In this document: positions 17,814 to 27,550 of the stretch, in pieces
Layout of the letters: the number at the start of each line of letters is the position of its first letter
How positions within the stretch are numbered: position 1 is the first letter of the stretch
Source of the DNA: Roseococcus sp.
GTDB lineage: Bacteria > Pseudomonadota > Alphaproteobacteria > Acetobacterales > Acetobacteraceae
Length of the DNA: 64,000 nt
NCBI GenBank assembly: GCA_026414745.1
Contig: JAOAIK010000022.1
Span: forward strand, 20,821-84,820
Reading direction: 5' to 3'
Translations under genes and position numbers: made by a program
The notes under the pieces: model-generated
Seen by the model: the letters and a program-made list of their open reading frames with translations, nothing else
Database searches by the model: none
What the model was told of the DNA's origin: nothing

Positions 17814-19120
17814 TGACCGACACGGGCGCGCGGGCGCCGGACCGGGCCAGCGCGCCGGCCTCCCGCGCCGAGCCGCTGATCGAGCGGCTGCACGCGCTGC
17901 ATCCCAAGCTGATCGACCTCAGCCTCGGACGGATGGAGGCGCTGCTGGCGAAGCTCGGCCACCCCGAGCGCGCGCTGCCGCCCGTGCTGCATGTGGCCGG
18001 CACCAACGGCAAGGGCAGCACCTGCGCCTTCCTGCGCGGCATCGCCGAGGCGGCGGGGCGGCGGGCGCATGTCTATACCTCGCCGCATCTGGTGCGCTTC
18101 CACGAGCGCATCCGGCTGGCCGGGGAACTCGTCTCCGACGCGGCGCTGACCGAGGCGCTCGAGGAGGTGGAGCGGGTGAACGGGGGCGCGCCCATCACCG
18201 TCTTCGAGATCACCACCGCGGTCGCGCTGCTGCTGTTCAGCCGCGTGCCGGCGGATGTGCTGATCCTGGAGGTGGGGCTCGGCGGGCGCTTCGACGCGAC
18301 CAACGTGGTCGCGCGGCCGGCGGCGACCGCGATCACCAGCATCTCCATGGACCACATGGAGTTCCTGGGCGACAGCCTGGCCAAGATCGCCTTCGAGAAG
18401 GCGGGCATCATCAAGCCCGGCGTGCCCTGCGCCACCGGGGCGCAGCGCTCCGAGGCGCTGGCCGTGATCGCCGCGCGCGCGGCCGAGCTCGGCGCGCCGC
18501 TGCTCGCCCGCGGGCGGGAGTGGGAGATGGAGGGCAGCCGGTTCCGCGACGCGCGCGGGGCCATCGCCCTGCCGCCGCTCGGCCTGCCCGGCGCGCATCA
18601 GCCCGACAATGCGGGGATCGCCATCGCGGCCCTGCGCGCCTGGAACCCGCCCTGGCTGACCGGGGAGGCCATCGCGCGCGGGGTGGCGGCGGCGACATGG
18701 CCGGCGCGGCTGCAGCGCCTCTCGGGCCGCCTCGCGCCGCCCGCGCCCTGGGAGCTCTGGCTCGATGGCGGCCACAACGAGGGGGCGGGCGGGGCGCTGG
18801 CCGCGACGCTGGCCGGGTGGCTGGACCGGCCGCTGCACCTCGTCGTCGGCATGAAGCAGGGCAAGACGGCGGCGGGCTTCCTCGCGCCGCTCCTGCCGCT
18901 CGCCACCACGCTGACGGCGATCCGCGAGCCGGGGCAGCACCTGGGCATGTCCGTCGAGGAGATCATCGCGGCCAGCGGCGGCGCGGCGCGGCCGGGGCCC
19001 GACCTCGCCACCGCCCTGCCGCGCATCCTGGCCGGGGAGCGGCCGGGGCGCATCCTGGTCTGCGGCAGCCTCTACCTGGCGGGCGAGGTGCTCAAGATGG
19101 ACGGGACGCTGCCGCGCTGA
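17813..19120 (+). CDS. folC: Bifunctional folylpolyglutamate synthase/dihydrofolate synthase
   Basis: The start ATG at 17813 overlaps the accD stop. P-loop HVAGTNGKGST. Mur-ligase-like domain order. Confidence 0.92.
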   Translation: MTDTGARAPDRASAPASRAEPLIERLHALHPKLIDLSLGRMEALLAKLGHPERALPPVLHVAGTNGKGSTCAFLRGIAEAAGRRAHVYTSPHLVRFHERIRLAGELVSDAALTEALEEVERVNGGAPITVFEITTAVALLLFSRVPADVLILEVGLGGRFDATNVVARPAATAITSISMDHMEFLGDSLAKIAFEKAGIIKPGVPCATGAQRSEALAVIAARAAELGAPLLARGREWEMEGSRFRDARGAIALPPLGLPGAHQPDNAGIAIAALRAWNPPWLTGEAIARGVAAATWPARLQRLSGRLAPPAPWELWLDGGHNEGAGGALAATLAGWLDRPLHLVVGMKQGKTAAGFLAPLLPLATTLTAIREPGQHLGMSVEEIIAASGGAARPGPDLATALPRILAGERPGRILVCGSLYLAGEVLKMDGTLPR

Positions 19121-20231
19121 CCCCGGGCCAGGCGGCGGCCAGCGCGGCGAGCGAGAGCAGCAGCCCGGCCGCGAACACCGCCGCATGGCTCTCGCCCGTG
19201 GCGCCGAAGAGCGGCGCGAGGGCGAAGCCCGCCGCCGCCTGCCCGATGGAATAGCCGATGGTGCAGCGCACCCAGAGCGCGCCGGCCGCCTCGCCCGCCG
19301 CCTCGCGCGCCCAGGCCAGGGCCACCGCCGTCAGCCCCACCCCGGCGAAGCCGCCCAGCACCGCGCCGGGCAGCAGCAGCGCCGCCTCGCCGGTCAGCAC
19401 CGCCGCCACGGCCATCACCTGCGCGCCGAGCCAGAGCCGCGTGGCCCGCGCCCCGCCCAGCCGGTCGGCCAGCCGCCCGCCGCTCAGGGTGCCGAGCAGC
19501 GCCCCCGCGCCGAAGAGCAGCCAGACGAGGCTGCCCGCCAGCAGCCCGAGCCCCAGCCCGCGCGCGGCGAGGTCCGAGAGATAGACCATGTGCGGCACCA
19601 TCCCCGCGCCCGAGAGGCTGTAGGAGAGCAGCAGCCAGGGCATGGGCGGCGGGGCGCCGCGCGGCGGCCCGCCGCCCGCATCGCCGGGCAGGCGCCGCGC
19701 CGCCAGCGCCCAGAGCCCGGCCACCAGCGCCGCGAGGCCGAGCCAGCCCGCCACCGGGCCAAGGGTGAGCAGGGGCGGCAGCGCCACCGCCCCCAGCGCG
19801 ATGCCCGTCCCGACGCCCGAGACCGCCACCCCCGCCGCGCGGCCGCGCCACTCGGGCCGCACGGCGCGCTGCACGGCCGGCCCCGCAAGCGACATGAGCA
19901 CCCCGCCCGCCACCCCGGCGAGCAGCCGCCAGGCGAGCAGCCAGAGAAAGCCGAACGGCGCGGCGCTCAGCGCCAGCGAGGCCAGCACCGCCGCGAAGCC
20001 CGCGCCCAGCGCCCCGCGCGTGCCCAGCGCCCGCCCCAGCGGCTGCGCCAGCACCGCGCCCGCGATGTAGCCGGCGAGCGTCGCCGCCCCCAGCAGCCCG
20101 GCCTCCGCCCCGGTGACCCAGCCGGCCTCCACCAGCGCGGGAAAGAGCGGCACGAAGGCGAAGCGGGCGAGGCCGATGCCCACCGCCGTGCAGGCGGCGC
20201 CGGCCAGCGCCACGGCGGGGTCAGCGCGCAT
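19092..20231 (-). CDS. YbfB/YjiJ-family MFS transporter
   Basis: 379 aa with about 12 TM helices. The N-terminal GIGLARFAFVPLFPAL motif is typical of the YbfB family. Its 3' end overlaps folC by 29 nt. Confidence 0.8.
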   Translation of the reverse strand: MRADPAVALAGAACTAVGIGLARFAFVPLFPALVEAGWVTGAEAGLLGAATLAGYIAGAVLAQPLGRALGTRGALGAGFAAVLASLALSAAPFGFLWLLAWRLLAGVAGGVLMSLAGPAVQRAVRPEWRGRAAGVAVSGVGTGIALGAVALPPLLTLGPVAGWLGLAALVAGLWALAARRLPGDAGGGPPRGAPPPMPWLLLSYSLSGAGMVPHMVYLSDLAARGLGLGLLAGSLVWLLFGAGALLGTLSGGRLADRLGGARATRLWLGAQVMAVAAVLTGEAALLLPGAVLGGFAGVGLTAVALAWAREAAGEAAGALWVRCTIGYSIGQAAAGFALAPLFGATGESHAAVFAAGLLLSLAALAAAWPGVSAAASRPS

Positions 20232-20255
20232 CGGACGCGGGGTTCAGGCCGCCGC

Positions 20256-20519
20256 CTAACCCTGGTTCTGCACCTGGGCGGCGCGGATGGCACGGCGCAG
20301 CCGGGCGATGCCGGTGCGGACATGGCCGCTGGCGCAGAGCCGCCGCCCCTCCTCGCCGAGCGCCCGCGGCACCGGCTCTCCGGCCTTCGGCAGCCCGGCG
20401 AGGCGCGCGGCCAGCTCCTCGCAATACTCGGCGCTCTCGGTCGTGATGCGGGCCACGCCCCCCGCCTGGGCCGGCGTGGCGACCAGCCAGGCGACGGGCA
20501 GGGCGATCAGCGCGTGCAT
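20256..20519 (-). CDS. Hypothetical small secreted protein (87 aa)
   Basis: Signal peptide MHALIALPVAWLVATPAQA and two Cys residues. The frame has very high third-position GC. Confidence 0.6.
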   Translation of the reverse strand: MHALIALPVAWLVATPAQAGGVARITTESAEYCEELAARLAGLPKAGEPVPRALGEEGRRLCASGHVRTGIARLRRAIRAAQVQNQG

Positions 20520-20576
20520 GGCGCACAGATGCCGCGCGAGGCTTCACCCTCCCATGTGCCCATGGTGAAGCATAGG

Positions 20577-20984
20577 TCATGACTCGGGATCGATCCGGCC
20601 GCGCAGCCTCTTGGTGGCGGCGCGGGCGGCCTTGCCCTCCAGCCGCCGCTCGCGCGCGCCGCGGCCGGGGGTGGTGGGCCGGCGCGGCGGGGGCGGGGGG
20701 GCGGCGGCCTCGGCCAGCAGGGCGAGCAGCCGGGCCATCGCGTCCTCGCGGTTGCGCTCGCGCGTGCGGTGGCGCTGGGCGGTGATGACCAGCACGCCCT
20801 GCTTCGTCATCCGCCGCCCGGCCAGCGCGGCGAGGCGGCGCAGCACCGCCGCGGGCAGCGCATCCCGCGCGGCGTGCCAGCGGAGCTGCACCGCCGTCTC
20901 CAGCTTGTTCACGTTCTGCCCGCCCGGGCCCGAGGCGCGCAGGAAGCCTTCCTCGATCAGCGCGGGGTCGGGCGCGAGCCTCAC
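20577..20984 (-). CDS. arfB: Alternative ribosome-rescue factor ArfB (peptidyl-tRNA hydrolase, YaeJ family)
   Basis: GGQ motif SGPGGQNVNK and a basic C-terminal tail. The GTG start overlaps the stop of the upstream tctC-like gene (GTGA). Confidence 0.9.
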   Translation of the reverse strand: MRLAPDPALIEEGFLRASGPGGQNVNKLETAVQLRWHAARDALPAAVLRRLAALAGRRMTKQGVLVITAQRHRTRERNREDAMARLLALLAEAAAPPPPPRRPTTPGRGARERRLEGKAARAATKRLRGRIDPES

Positions 20985-21925
20985 TGGCGGCGGATGCCCA
21001 GTTCCTCGAGCAGCGCGCGGTTCGCCTGGCTCTCGGCCAGGAAACGCGCGCGGAACTCCGCGCCCGGGGCGAAGCTCGGCACCGCGTTCAGCCGCTCGGC
21101 GGCGGCGCGGAAGCCCTCGCTGTTGACCGCCTGCTCGCAGGCGCGCTCCAGCCGGGCGGCGATGGCGTCGGGCAGATCGGCCGGGGCGAGCAGCCCGCCA
21201 TAGGTGGTGCCGCGCATGGGGATGCCGAGCTCGGCGATGCTCGGCACATCGGGCAGCGCGGGCATGCGGCGGTGATCGAGCACCGCGAGCACGCCGAGCC
21301 CGGTGGAGGCCGGGATGGTCGCGGCCTCGACGAACACCATGATGTCGCCCGCCAGCGCCGCCTGGGCCATGGGCCCGGCGCCGGTGTAGGGCACGAACAG
21401 CCCGCCCACCCCCGCGGCGCGCAGAAGCTGCGCCATCAGGATGTGCTGGGTGCTGCCCAGGCCGGGCGCGCCATAGACCAGCGCCTCGCGCCCCCTGCGC
21501 GCATGCGCGATCATGCCGGCGAAGTCCCGGAACGGCGCGTTGCGGCCGAGGATCACCACCTGCGGGTTGTCGTAGACGAGGCAGAGGTAGCGGAAGCCCT
21601 CGGCCGTGTAGGCCGTGGTCTGAAGGTGCGGCTGGGTGGTGATGGCGTTGTTGGGCGAAAGGCCGATGGTGTAGCCGTCCGGCCGGGCGCGGAACAGCTC
21701 GGCGTTGCCGATGGCGCCCGCCGCGCCGCCGCGGTTCACCGCCACCACCGTGCCGCCCAGCGCGCGGGCCAGCTCCGCCTGCAGGGCGCGGCCCATCAGG
21801 TCCGTGTTGCCGCCCGGCGGGAAGGGGATGATGAGCTGCACGGGCCGGGTGGGATACTCCTGCGCCGCCGCCCAGGGCGGGGCGAGGAGCGCCGCGAGGG
21901 CGCAGAGGACGCGCAGCAGGGACAT
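20981..21925 (-). CDS. Bug-family (TctC-like) substrate-binding protein
   Basis: Start at MSLLRVLCALAALLAPPWAAA (signal peptide). PFPPGGNTDLMGR motif. The longer track ORF upstream is shadow sequence. Confidence 0.88.
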   Translation of the reverse strand: MSLLRVLCALAALLAPPWAAAQEYPTRPVQLIIPFPPGGNTDLMGRALQAELARALGGTVVAVNRGGAAGAIGNAELFRARPDGYTIGLSPNNAITTQPHLQTTAYTAEGFRYLCLVYDNPQVVILGRNAPFRDFAGMIAHARRGREALVYGAPGLGSTQHILMAQLLRAAGVGGLFVPYTGAGPMAQAALAGDIMVFVEAATIPASTGLGVLAVLDHRRMPALPDVPSIAELGIPMRGTTYGGLLAPADLPDAIAARLERACEQAVNSEGFRAAAERLNAVPSFAPGAEFRARFLAESQANRALLEELGIRRQ

Positions 21926-21954
21926 GGCCTTTCCTCCCCGTGGTTCGGGGCAGG

Positions 21955-22674
21955 CTATCCCTCGCCCTCGAGGGAGGGAAGCGCCGGCGCCTCGTCCTTC
22001 AGCGCGACGCCGGTGCCGCCCAGCGCGCGCGCGGCCCGCAGCAGCCAGTGCAGCTTCGCCGCCGCCTCGGCATGGCTGAGCCCGCCGGGGCGGATGTTGC
22101 TGATGCAGTTGCGCTCGGCATCGGTGCGGCCCGGGCGCGGGGCCCAGGTGAGGTAGAGGCCCACGCTGTCCTGCGCGGAGAGGCCGGGGCGTTCGCCGAT
22201 CATCACCACCACCGCCTCGGCGCCCATGGCTTCGCCGATGGCGTCGCCCAGCGCCACGCGCGCCTGCAGCGCGACCACCACGGGCCAGGGCGCGGCGAAG
22301 GCGCGCAGCAGGGCGGCGGCCTGCGCCTGCACGCCGGCGGCGCAGAGCCCGTCGGCGACCACCACCACCACGCCGCCGGTGCGCGGCAGCCGCGCCGCAT
22401 CCTCGGCGCGCAGCCGCCGGCCGAGATCGGGGCGCAGCAGATACGCGCGCCGGTCCGGCGCCTCGCTGCGCACGACCGGGGCGTCGAGGCCCAGCGCCTC
22501 GGGCCGGAGTTCGGACCACACGGCGTCGCGCGCCGCGGCGTGCGCCTCCTGGAAGTCGAGATGCGCCGCCGTGGGCAGCCCGGTGCCGGCGCGGCCGAGG
22601 CCGACGCGCGCGGGGGTGAAGCGGCGCAGCCCGGCCCAGGGGGCGGGGGGCGCGGGCGGCGTCTCCGCGCTCAT
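21955..22674 (-). CDS. eutC: Ethanolamine ammonia-lyase light subunit
   Basis: 239 aa with family-typical segments ([31 protein letters not shown]). It has a 4-nt overlap with eutB. Confidence 0.9.
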   Translation of the reverse strand: MSAETPPAPPAPWAGLRRFTPARVGLGRAGTGLPTAAHLDFQEAHAAARDAVWSELRPEALGLDAPVVRSEAPDRRAYLLRPDLGRRLRAEDAARLPRTGGVVVVVADGLCAAGVQAQAAALLRAFAAPWPVVVALQARVALGDAIGEAMGAEAVVVMIGERPGLSAQDSVGLYLTWAPRPGRTDAERNCISNIRPGGLSHAEAAAKLHWLLRAARALGGTGVALKDEAPALPSLEGEG

Positions 22675-24032
22675 CCGAGGCCGATCAGCGCGGGCGCGAG
22701 GCCTTCGGGAATCGCCTCGCCCTCGCCGATGCCCATGCGCGCCATCCAGGCCGCGAACTCGGGCGCCGGCGTCTTGCCGAGCAGTGCCCGCGCCGTCAGC
22801 CCGTCATGGAAGCTGGTGGACTGGTAGGCCAGCATCACGTCATCCGCCCCCGGCACGCCCATGATGTAGGTCACGCCCGCGACGGCCAGATTGATCAGCA
22901 GCGCGTCCATGTCGTCCTGATCGGCCTCGGCGTGGTTCGTGTAGCAGACGTCCACGCCCATCGGCAGGCCGAGCAGCTTGCCGCAGAAATGGTCCTCGAG
23001 GCCGGCGCGCATGATCTGCTTGCCGTCGAACAGGTATTCGGGGCCGATGAAGCCCACCACGCTGTTCACCAGCAGCGGGTCGAAGGCGCGCGCGACGGCG
23101 TAGGCGCGGGCTTCCAGCGTCTGCTGGTCCACGCCGTGATGCGCCTCGGCCGAGAGGGCGCTGCCCTGGCCGGTCTCGAAATACATCACGTTGTCGCCGA
23201 GGCTGCCGCGCTTCAGCGCGCGCGCCGCCGCGCGCGCCTCGCGCAGCACGGCGAGGTCCACGCCGAAGCTGCGGTTCACGCCTTCCGTGCCGCCGATGGA
23301 CTGGAACACCAGGTCCACCGGCGCGCCGCGCTCCATCACGCGCAGGCTGGTGGTGACGTGGCACAGCACGCAACTCTGGGTGGGGATGTCGAAGCGCGTG
23401 CGCACCGCCTCCAGCATGTCGAGCAGCGCGCGCACCTGCTCCACGCTGTCGGTGGCGGGGTTCACGCCGATCACCGCATCGCCCGCGCCGAGCAGCAGCC
23501 CGTCCAGCACCGCCGCCGCCACGCCGCGCGGATCGTCCGTCGGGTGGTTGGGCTGCAGCCGGATGGAGAGGGTGCCCGGCAGCCCGATGGTGTTGCGGAA
23601 ACGGGTGACGACGCGGCACTTCGCGGCGACGGAGACGAGGTCGGCCACGCGCATGATCTTGGAGACGGCCGCGGCCATCTCGGGCGTGAGGCCGGCGCGG
23701 ATCGAGGCCAGCGCCTCGGGCGGGGCGGCGAGCAGCCAGTCGCGGAAGCCGCCCACCGTGAGGTGCGCGATGGGCGCGAAGGCGGCCCTGTCATGCCCAT
23801 CCAGGATGAGGCGCGTGACCTCGTCGGCCTCATAGGGGATCACCGCCTCGTTCAGGAAATGCGCGAGCGGCAGATCGGCGAGCGCGCGCTGGGCCGCCAC
23901 GCGCTCGGCCGCGCTCGACGCCGCCACCCCGGCCAGCGCATCGCCCGAGCGGAAGGGGCTGGCGCGCGCCAGCAGCGTGCGCAGGTCGTCGAAGACGTAG
24001 CGGGTGCCCGCGACGGTATGCCGGAAAGCCAT
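22671..24032 (-). CDS. eutB: Ethanolamine ammonia-lyase heavy subunit
   Basis: Start at [22 protein letters not shown] (ATG at 24032). 453 aa, colinear with EutB. Confidence 0.93.
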   Translation of the reverse strand: MAFRHTVAGTRYVFDDLRTLLARASPFRSGDALAGVAASSAAERVAAQRALADLPLAHFLNEAVIPYEADEVTRLILDGHDRAAFAPIAHLTVGGFRDWLLAAPPEALASIRAGLTPEMAAAVSKIMRVADLVSVAAKCRVVTRFRNTIGLPGTLSIRLQPNHPTDDPRGVAAAVLDGLLLGAGDAVIGVNPATDSVEQVRALLDMLEAVRTRFDIPTQSCVLCHVTTSLRVMERGAPVDLVFQSIGGTEGVNRSFGVDLAVLREARAAARALKRGSLGDNVMYFETGQGSALSAEAHHGVDQQTLEARAYAVARAFDPLLVNSVVGFIGPEYLFDGKQIMRAGLEDHFCGKLLGLPMGVDVCYTNHAEADQDDMDALLINLAVAGVTYIMGVPGADDVMLAYQSTSFHDGLTARALLGKTPAPEFAAWMARMGIGEGEAIPEGLAPALIGLG

Positions 24033-24086
24033 GCGCCCCCGCTGGACAGACGCCGGGACCGGACGGACACTCCGCCGCGACGGAGG

Positions 24087-24644
24087 ATGTCCATGGATCG
24101 CCAGGCGGTGGAAACCGCGCCCGATGCCGCGGCCGATTGGCCCGATCGCATCTACGCGCTGCTCAAGCGCCATTCAATCCGGCAGGTGGCGCTGGTGCCC
24201 GATGCGGGGCATGCGCGGCTGATCCGCCGCTGCCTCGCCGACAACGACCTGCGCGTGGTGACGCTGACCACCGAGGAGGAGGGCATCGCGCTGATGCAGG
24301 GCGCCTGGCTCGGCGGGCAGCGCGGCGTGCTGCTCATGCAGTCCTCCGGCGTGGGCAACTGCATCAACATGCTCTCGCTGGCGACGATCCATCGCTGCCC
24401 GATGCCGATGATCGTGACGATGCGCGGCGATTTCGGCGAGTTCAACCCGGCGCAGGTGCCCATGGGCCAGGCCACCCAGGCCGTGCTGGAGGCGATGGGC
24501 ACGCTGGTGCACCGCGCCGACCGCGCCGAGGACGTGGAGCCCACGGTGGAGGCGACGCTCAAGCTCGCCTTCCACACCTACCGCCCCGCGGCGACGCTGA
24601 TCGGCCAGCGCGTGCTGGGCGCCAAGACCTTCGGGAAGGACTGA
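24087..24644 (+). CDS. Thiamine-diphosphate enzyme, alpha (PYR-domain) subunit; sulfopyruvate/phosphonopyruvate decarboxylase-like
   Basis: 185 aa. TTEEEGIALMQGAWLGG...LMQSSGVGNCIN is typical of the ThDP pyrimidine-binding domain of split ComD-type enzymes. Confidence 0.8.
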   Translation: MSMDRQAVETAPDAAADWPDRIYALLKRHSIRQVALVPDAGHARLIRRCLADNDLRVVTLTTEEEGIALMQGAWLGGQRGVLLMQSSGVGNCINMLSLATIHRCPMPMIVTMRGDFGEFNPAQVPMGQATQAVLEAMGTLVHRADRAEDVEPTVEATLKLAFHTYRPAATLIGQRVLGAKTFGKD

Positions 24645-24645
24645 G

Positions 24646-25245
24646 ATGCGCGCGGCTTCCGGAAAGCTCGACCGGCGCGAACTGGTGCGCGCCCTGCTCG
24701 CCGATCGCGGCGATCTCCTCGTGGTGGCGGGGCTCGGCGCCCCGGCCTGGGACATCACGGCGGTGGGCGACCACCCCTGCAACTTTCCCCTGTGGGGCGG
24801 CATGGGCGGGGCGGCGATGATCGGCCTCGGCCTGGCGCTTGCCCAGCCCCGGCGGCCGGTGCTCGTGATCACCGGCGATGGGGAGATGCTCATGGGGGTG
24901 GGCAGCCTCGCCACCATCGCGCAGCAGGCGCCGGCCAACCTCGCCATCGTGGTGCAGGACAACGAGCACTACGGCGAGACCGGCATGCAGCAGACCGCCA
25001 CCGCCCATGGCACGGATCTCGCCACCATGGCCGAGGGCGCGGGGATCCGCGCGACCATGCGCGTCACCGCGCCCGAGCATGTGCCGTCCCTGGTGGCGGC
25101 GACGCGCGCCATGGCCGGCCCCTTCTTCGCGGTGGCGAAGGTGGATCCGGCGAACCTGCCGCTGGTGCTGCCCCCGCGCGAGGGCGCGATCCTGCAGGCG
25201 CGGATGCGCGAGGCGCTGCTCGGCCCCGCCGCCCATCTGGCGTGA
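24646..25245 (+). CDS. Thiamine-diphosphate enzyme, beta (PP-domain) subunit; ComE-like
   Basis: ThDP motif GDGEMLMGVGSLATIAQQAPANLAIVVQDNEHYGETG. It starts 1 nt after the alpha-subunit stop. Confidence 0.8.
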   Translation: MRAASGKLDRRELVRALLADRGDLLVVAGLGAPAWDITAVGDHPCNFPLWGGMGGAAMIGLGLALAQPRRPVLVITGDGEMLMGVGSLATIAQQAPANLAIVVQDNEHYGETGMQQTATAHGTDLATMAEGAGIRATMRVTAPEHVPSLVAATRAMAGPFFAVAKVDPANLPLVLPPREGAILQARMREALLGPAAHLA

Positions 25246-25269
25246 GAGGGCCGGCCGCCCGCCGGGCGT

Positions 25270-26118
25270 TCAGCGCCCCTCGTGGGCGATGCGCCAGGGG
25301 TGCGCCGGATAGCAGCCCAGCACCTTCACCTCGCGCGAGAAGAAGCGCAGCTCCTCGAGCGCGCGGAACAGCGGCGGGTCGTCCGGATGGCCGTCCACGT
25401 CGCAGAGGAACTGCGTCGCGGTGAAGGCGCCGTCGATCATGTAGCTCTCGAGCTTCGTCATGTTCACGCCGTTGGTGGCGAAGCCCCCGAGCGCCTTGTA
25501 GAGCGCGGCGGGCATGTTCCGCACGCGGAAGACGAAGGTGGTGACCGTATGCGGCGTACCGACCGGGGGCATGCGGCGCTCGCGCGCCATCACGTAGAAG
25601 CGCGTGGTGTTGTGCGCCGCGTCCTCGACGTTGCGGCGCAGGATCTGGAGCCCATAGACCTCGGCGGCGAGCTCGCTCGCGATCGCCGCATCCTCGCTCG
25701 TCCCCTCGCGCGCGACGAGCTCGGCCGCCCCGGCGGTGTCGGCCTGGATCACTGGCTTGAGGTCGAGCTCCTTGAGCAGCTTCAACACCTGGCCGAGGGC
25801 CATGGGGTGGCTGTGCGCCTTGCGGATGGTGGCGAGCGAGGCGCCGGGCCGGGCCAACAGGCAGTGCTCCACCCGCTCGAAGTGCTCGCCCACCACGTTC
25901 AGCCCTGAATCGGGCAGCAGGCGGTGGATGTCGGGCACGCGGCCGGCGAGCGAGTTCTCGCACGGCAGCATGGCGAGTTCGGCGCGGCCCTCGCGCACCG
26001 CGGCCATGGCGGCCTCGAAGGAGGGGCAGGGCAGGGTGGCCCAGCCCGGATAGGCGTGCCGGCAGGCGAGGTCGGAATAGGCGCCGGGGACGCCCTGGAA
26101 GGCGATGGTGCGGGTCAT
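25270..26118 (-). CDS. pheA: Prephenate dehydratase
   Basis: 282 aa. IAFQGVPGAYS start, ENSLAGRV motif, TRF motif and a C-terminal ACT domain. Confidence 0.92.
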   Translation of the reverse strand: MTRTIAFQGVPGAYSDLACRHAYPGWATLPCPSFEAAMAAVREGRAELAMLPCENSLAGRVPDIHRLLPDSGLNVVGEHFERVEHCLLARPGASLATIRKAHSHPMALGQVLKLLKELDLKPVIQADTAGAAELVAREGTSEDAAIASELAAEVYGLQILRRNVEDAAHNTTRFYVMARERRMPPVGTPHTVTTFVFRVRNMPAALYKALGGFATNGVNMTKLESYMIDGAFTATQFLCDVDGHPDDPPLFRALEELRFFSREVKVLGCYPAHPWRIAHEGR

Positions 26119-26885
26119 GCGGCTCCGATCAGGCGGCGGGCGCGGTCGAGGTCGGCGGGGGTGTCCACGCCGAAGGGCCCGTGCGGCACGCGCGCCGCGG
26201 CGATTCGCATCCCCGCCTCGAGCGCGCGGAGCTGCTCGAGCTTCTCGCGCCGCTCCAGCGGCGATTCCGGCAGGGCCACGAAGCGCGCCAGGGCGGCGCG
26301 GCGGAAGGCGTAGATGCCGATGTGGTGCCAGCGCGGCCCCTCGCCCCAGGGGATCGGGGTGCGGCTGAAATAGACGACCGGCGCCACCGCCTGCCCCTCG
26401 ACGAAGGCGCAGGCGGCCTTCACGAAAGAGGCGGTGTTCGCCTCCGCCTCGTCGGCGATGGGGCAGACCAGAGTGCCGATGTCCACCTCCGGGTCATGCA
26501 GCGGCGTCAGCACCGCGCGCAGCAGCTCGGGCGCCAGGGTGGGGACATCGCCCTGCAGGTTCACCACCACGTCGTGCCGCCCCTCCGGATCGAGCGCGGC
26601 GAGGGCCCGGAAGACGCGGTCGGTGCCGCTCGGCACCTCCTCGGCCACCAGCACGGCGCGGCCGCCCGCAGCCTGCACGGCCGCGACGATCTCCGGCTCG
26701 CCGGCGGCGACGGCCACGGGGCCCACCCCCGCCGCCAGGGCGCGCTCCAGCACATGCACGACCATGGGCTTGCCGCCGATCTCGGCCAGCGGCTTTCCGG
26801 GCAGGCGCGTCGCGGCCAGGCGGGCCGGGATGACGATGAGAGGATTCACGGGAAAGCGGCGTCCGGGCGGTTGATGCGGCCTCAT
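26115..26885 (-). CDS. kdsB: 3-deoxy-manno-octulosonate cytidylyltransferase (CMP-KDO synthetase)
   Basis: IVIPARLAATRLPGKPL motif. 4-nt overlap with pheA. The start is uncertain (ATG at 26885, the track start at 26912, or a GTG at VNPLIV). Confidence 0.88.
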   Translation of the reverse strand: MRPHQPPGRRFPVNPLIVIPARLAATRLPGKPLAEIGGKPMVVHVLERALAAGVGPVAVAAGEPEIVAAVQAAGGRAVLVAEEVPSGTDRVFRALAALDPEGRHDVVVNLQGDVPTLAPELLRAVLTPLHDPEVDIGTLVCPIADEAEANTASFVKAACAFVEGQAVAPVVYFSRTPIPWGEGPRWHHIGIYAFRRAALARFVALPESPLERREKLEQLRALEAGMRIAAARVPHGPFGVDTPADLDRARRLIGAA

Positions 26886-26991
26886 GCCGAAGCTAAGGAA
26901 GGCGTCACGCATAGATCAGGGCCGGGCGGGGCGCAAAGGCCCCCGGGGCCGGGATCGTGAAGATGCAAGGTCGAGGAAGGGTGCGCCCGGC

Positions 26992-27534
26992 ATGAGCCTG
27001 GAGTTCAACAAGATCGCCGCCTCCATCCTGACGGCGGGCATCGCCTTCATGGGGGCGGGCATTTTCGCCGAGGTGCTGATCCACCCGAAGAAACTCTCCC
27101 AGCCGGCGATCAGCCTCGGCGCGGCGCCGCAGCAGGCGGCCGCCCCGGCCGCCGCCCCGGCCGCTCCGGCGCTGGAGCCGATCGCGCCGCTGCTGGCCAA
27201 TGCCAGCGTGGACAACGGGCGGCAGCTCGCCCAGCGGCTCTGCGCCTCCTGCCACAGCTTCAACGAGGGGGGGCGCAACGCGGTCGGCCCCAATCTCTGG
27301 AACATCGTCGGCAAGAGGCACGCCCAGGTGGAGGGCTTCAACTACAGCGCGGCGAACCGCGCGCTGGCCGACAAGCCCTGGGATTACGAGGCGCTCAACG
27401 CCTTCATCGCCGCCCCCGCCCGCGCCATGCCCGGCACGCGCATGGCCTTCGCCGGCGTGGCCAGCCCGCAGCAGCGCGCGGACATCATCATGTTCCTGCG
27501 CTCCAACTCGGCGAATCCGGCTCCGCTGCCCTGA
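26992..27534 (+). CDS. Membrane-anchored class I cytochrome c (CycM-like)
   Basis: N-terminal TM anchor, an Ala/Pro linker, the heme site CASCH, and a distal Met (PGTRMAF). Confidence 0.85.
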   Translation: MSLEFNKIAASILTAGIAFMGAGIFAEVLIHPKKLSQPAISLGAAPQQAAAPAAAPAAPALEPIAPLLANASVDNGRQLAQRLCASCHSFNEGGRNAVGPNLWNIVGKRHAQVEGFNYSAANRALADKPWDYEALNAFIAAPARAMPGTRMAFAGVASPQQRADIIMFLRSNSANPAPLP

Positions 27535-27550
27535 CGCGACCGGGCCGGCC

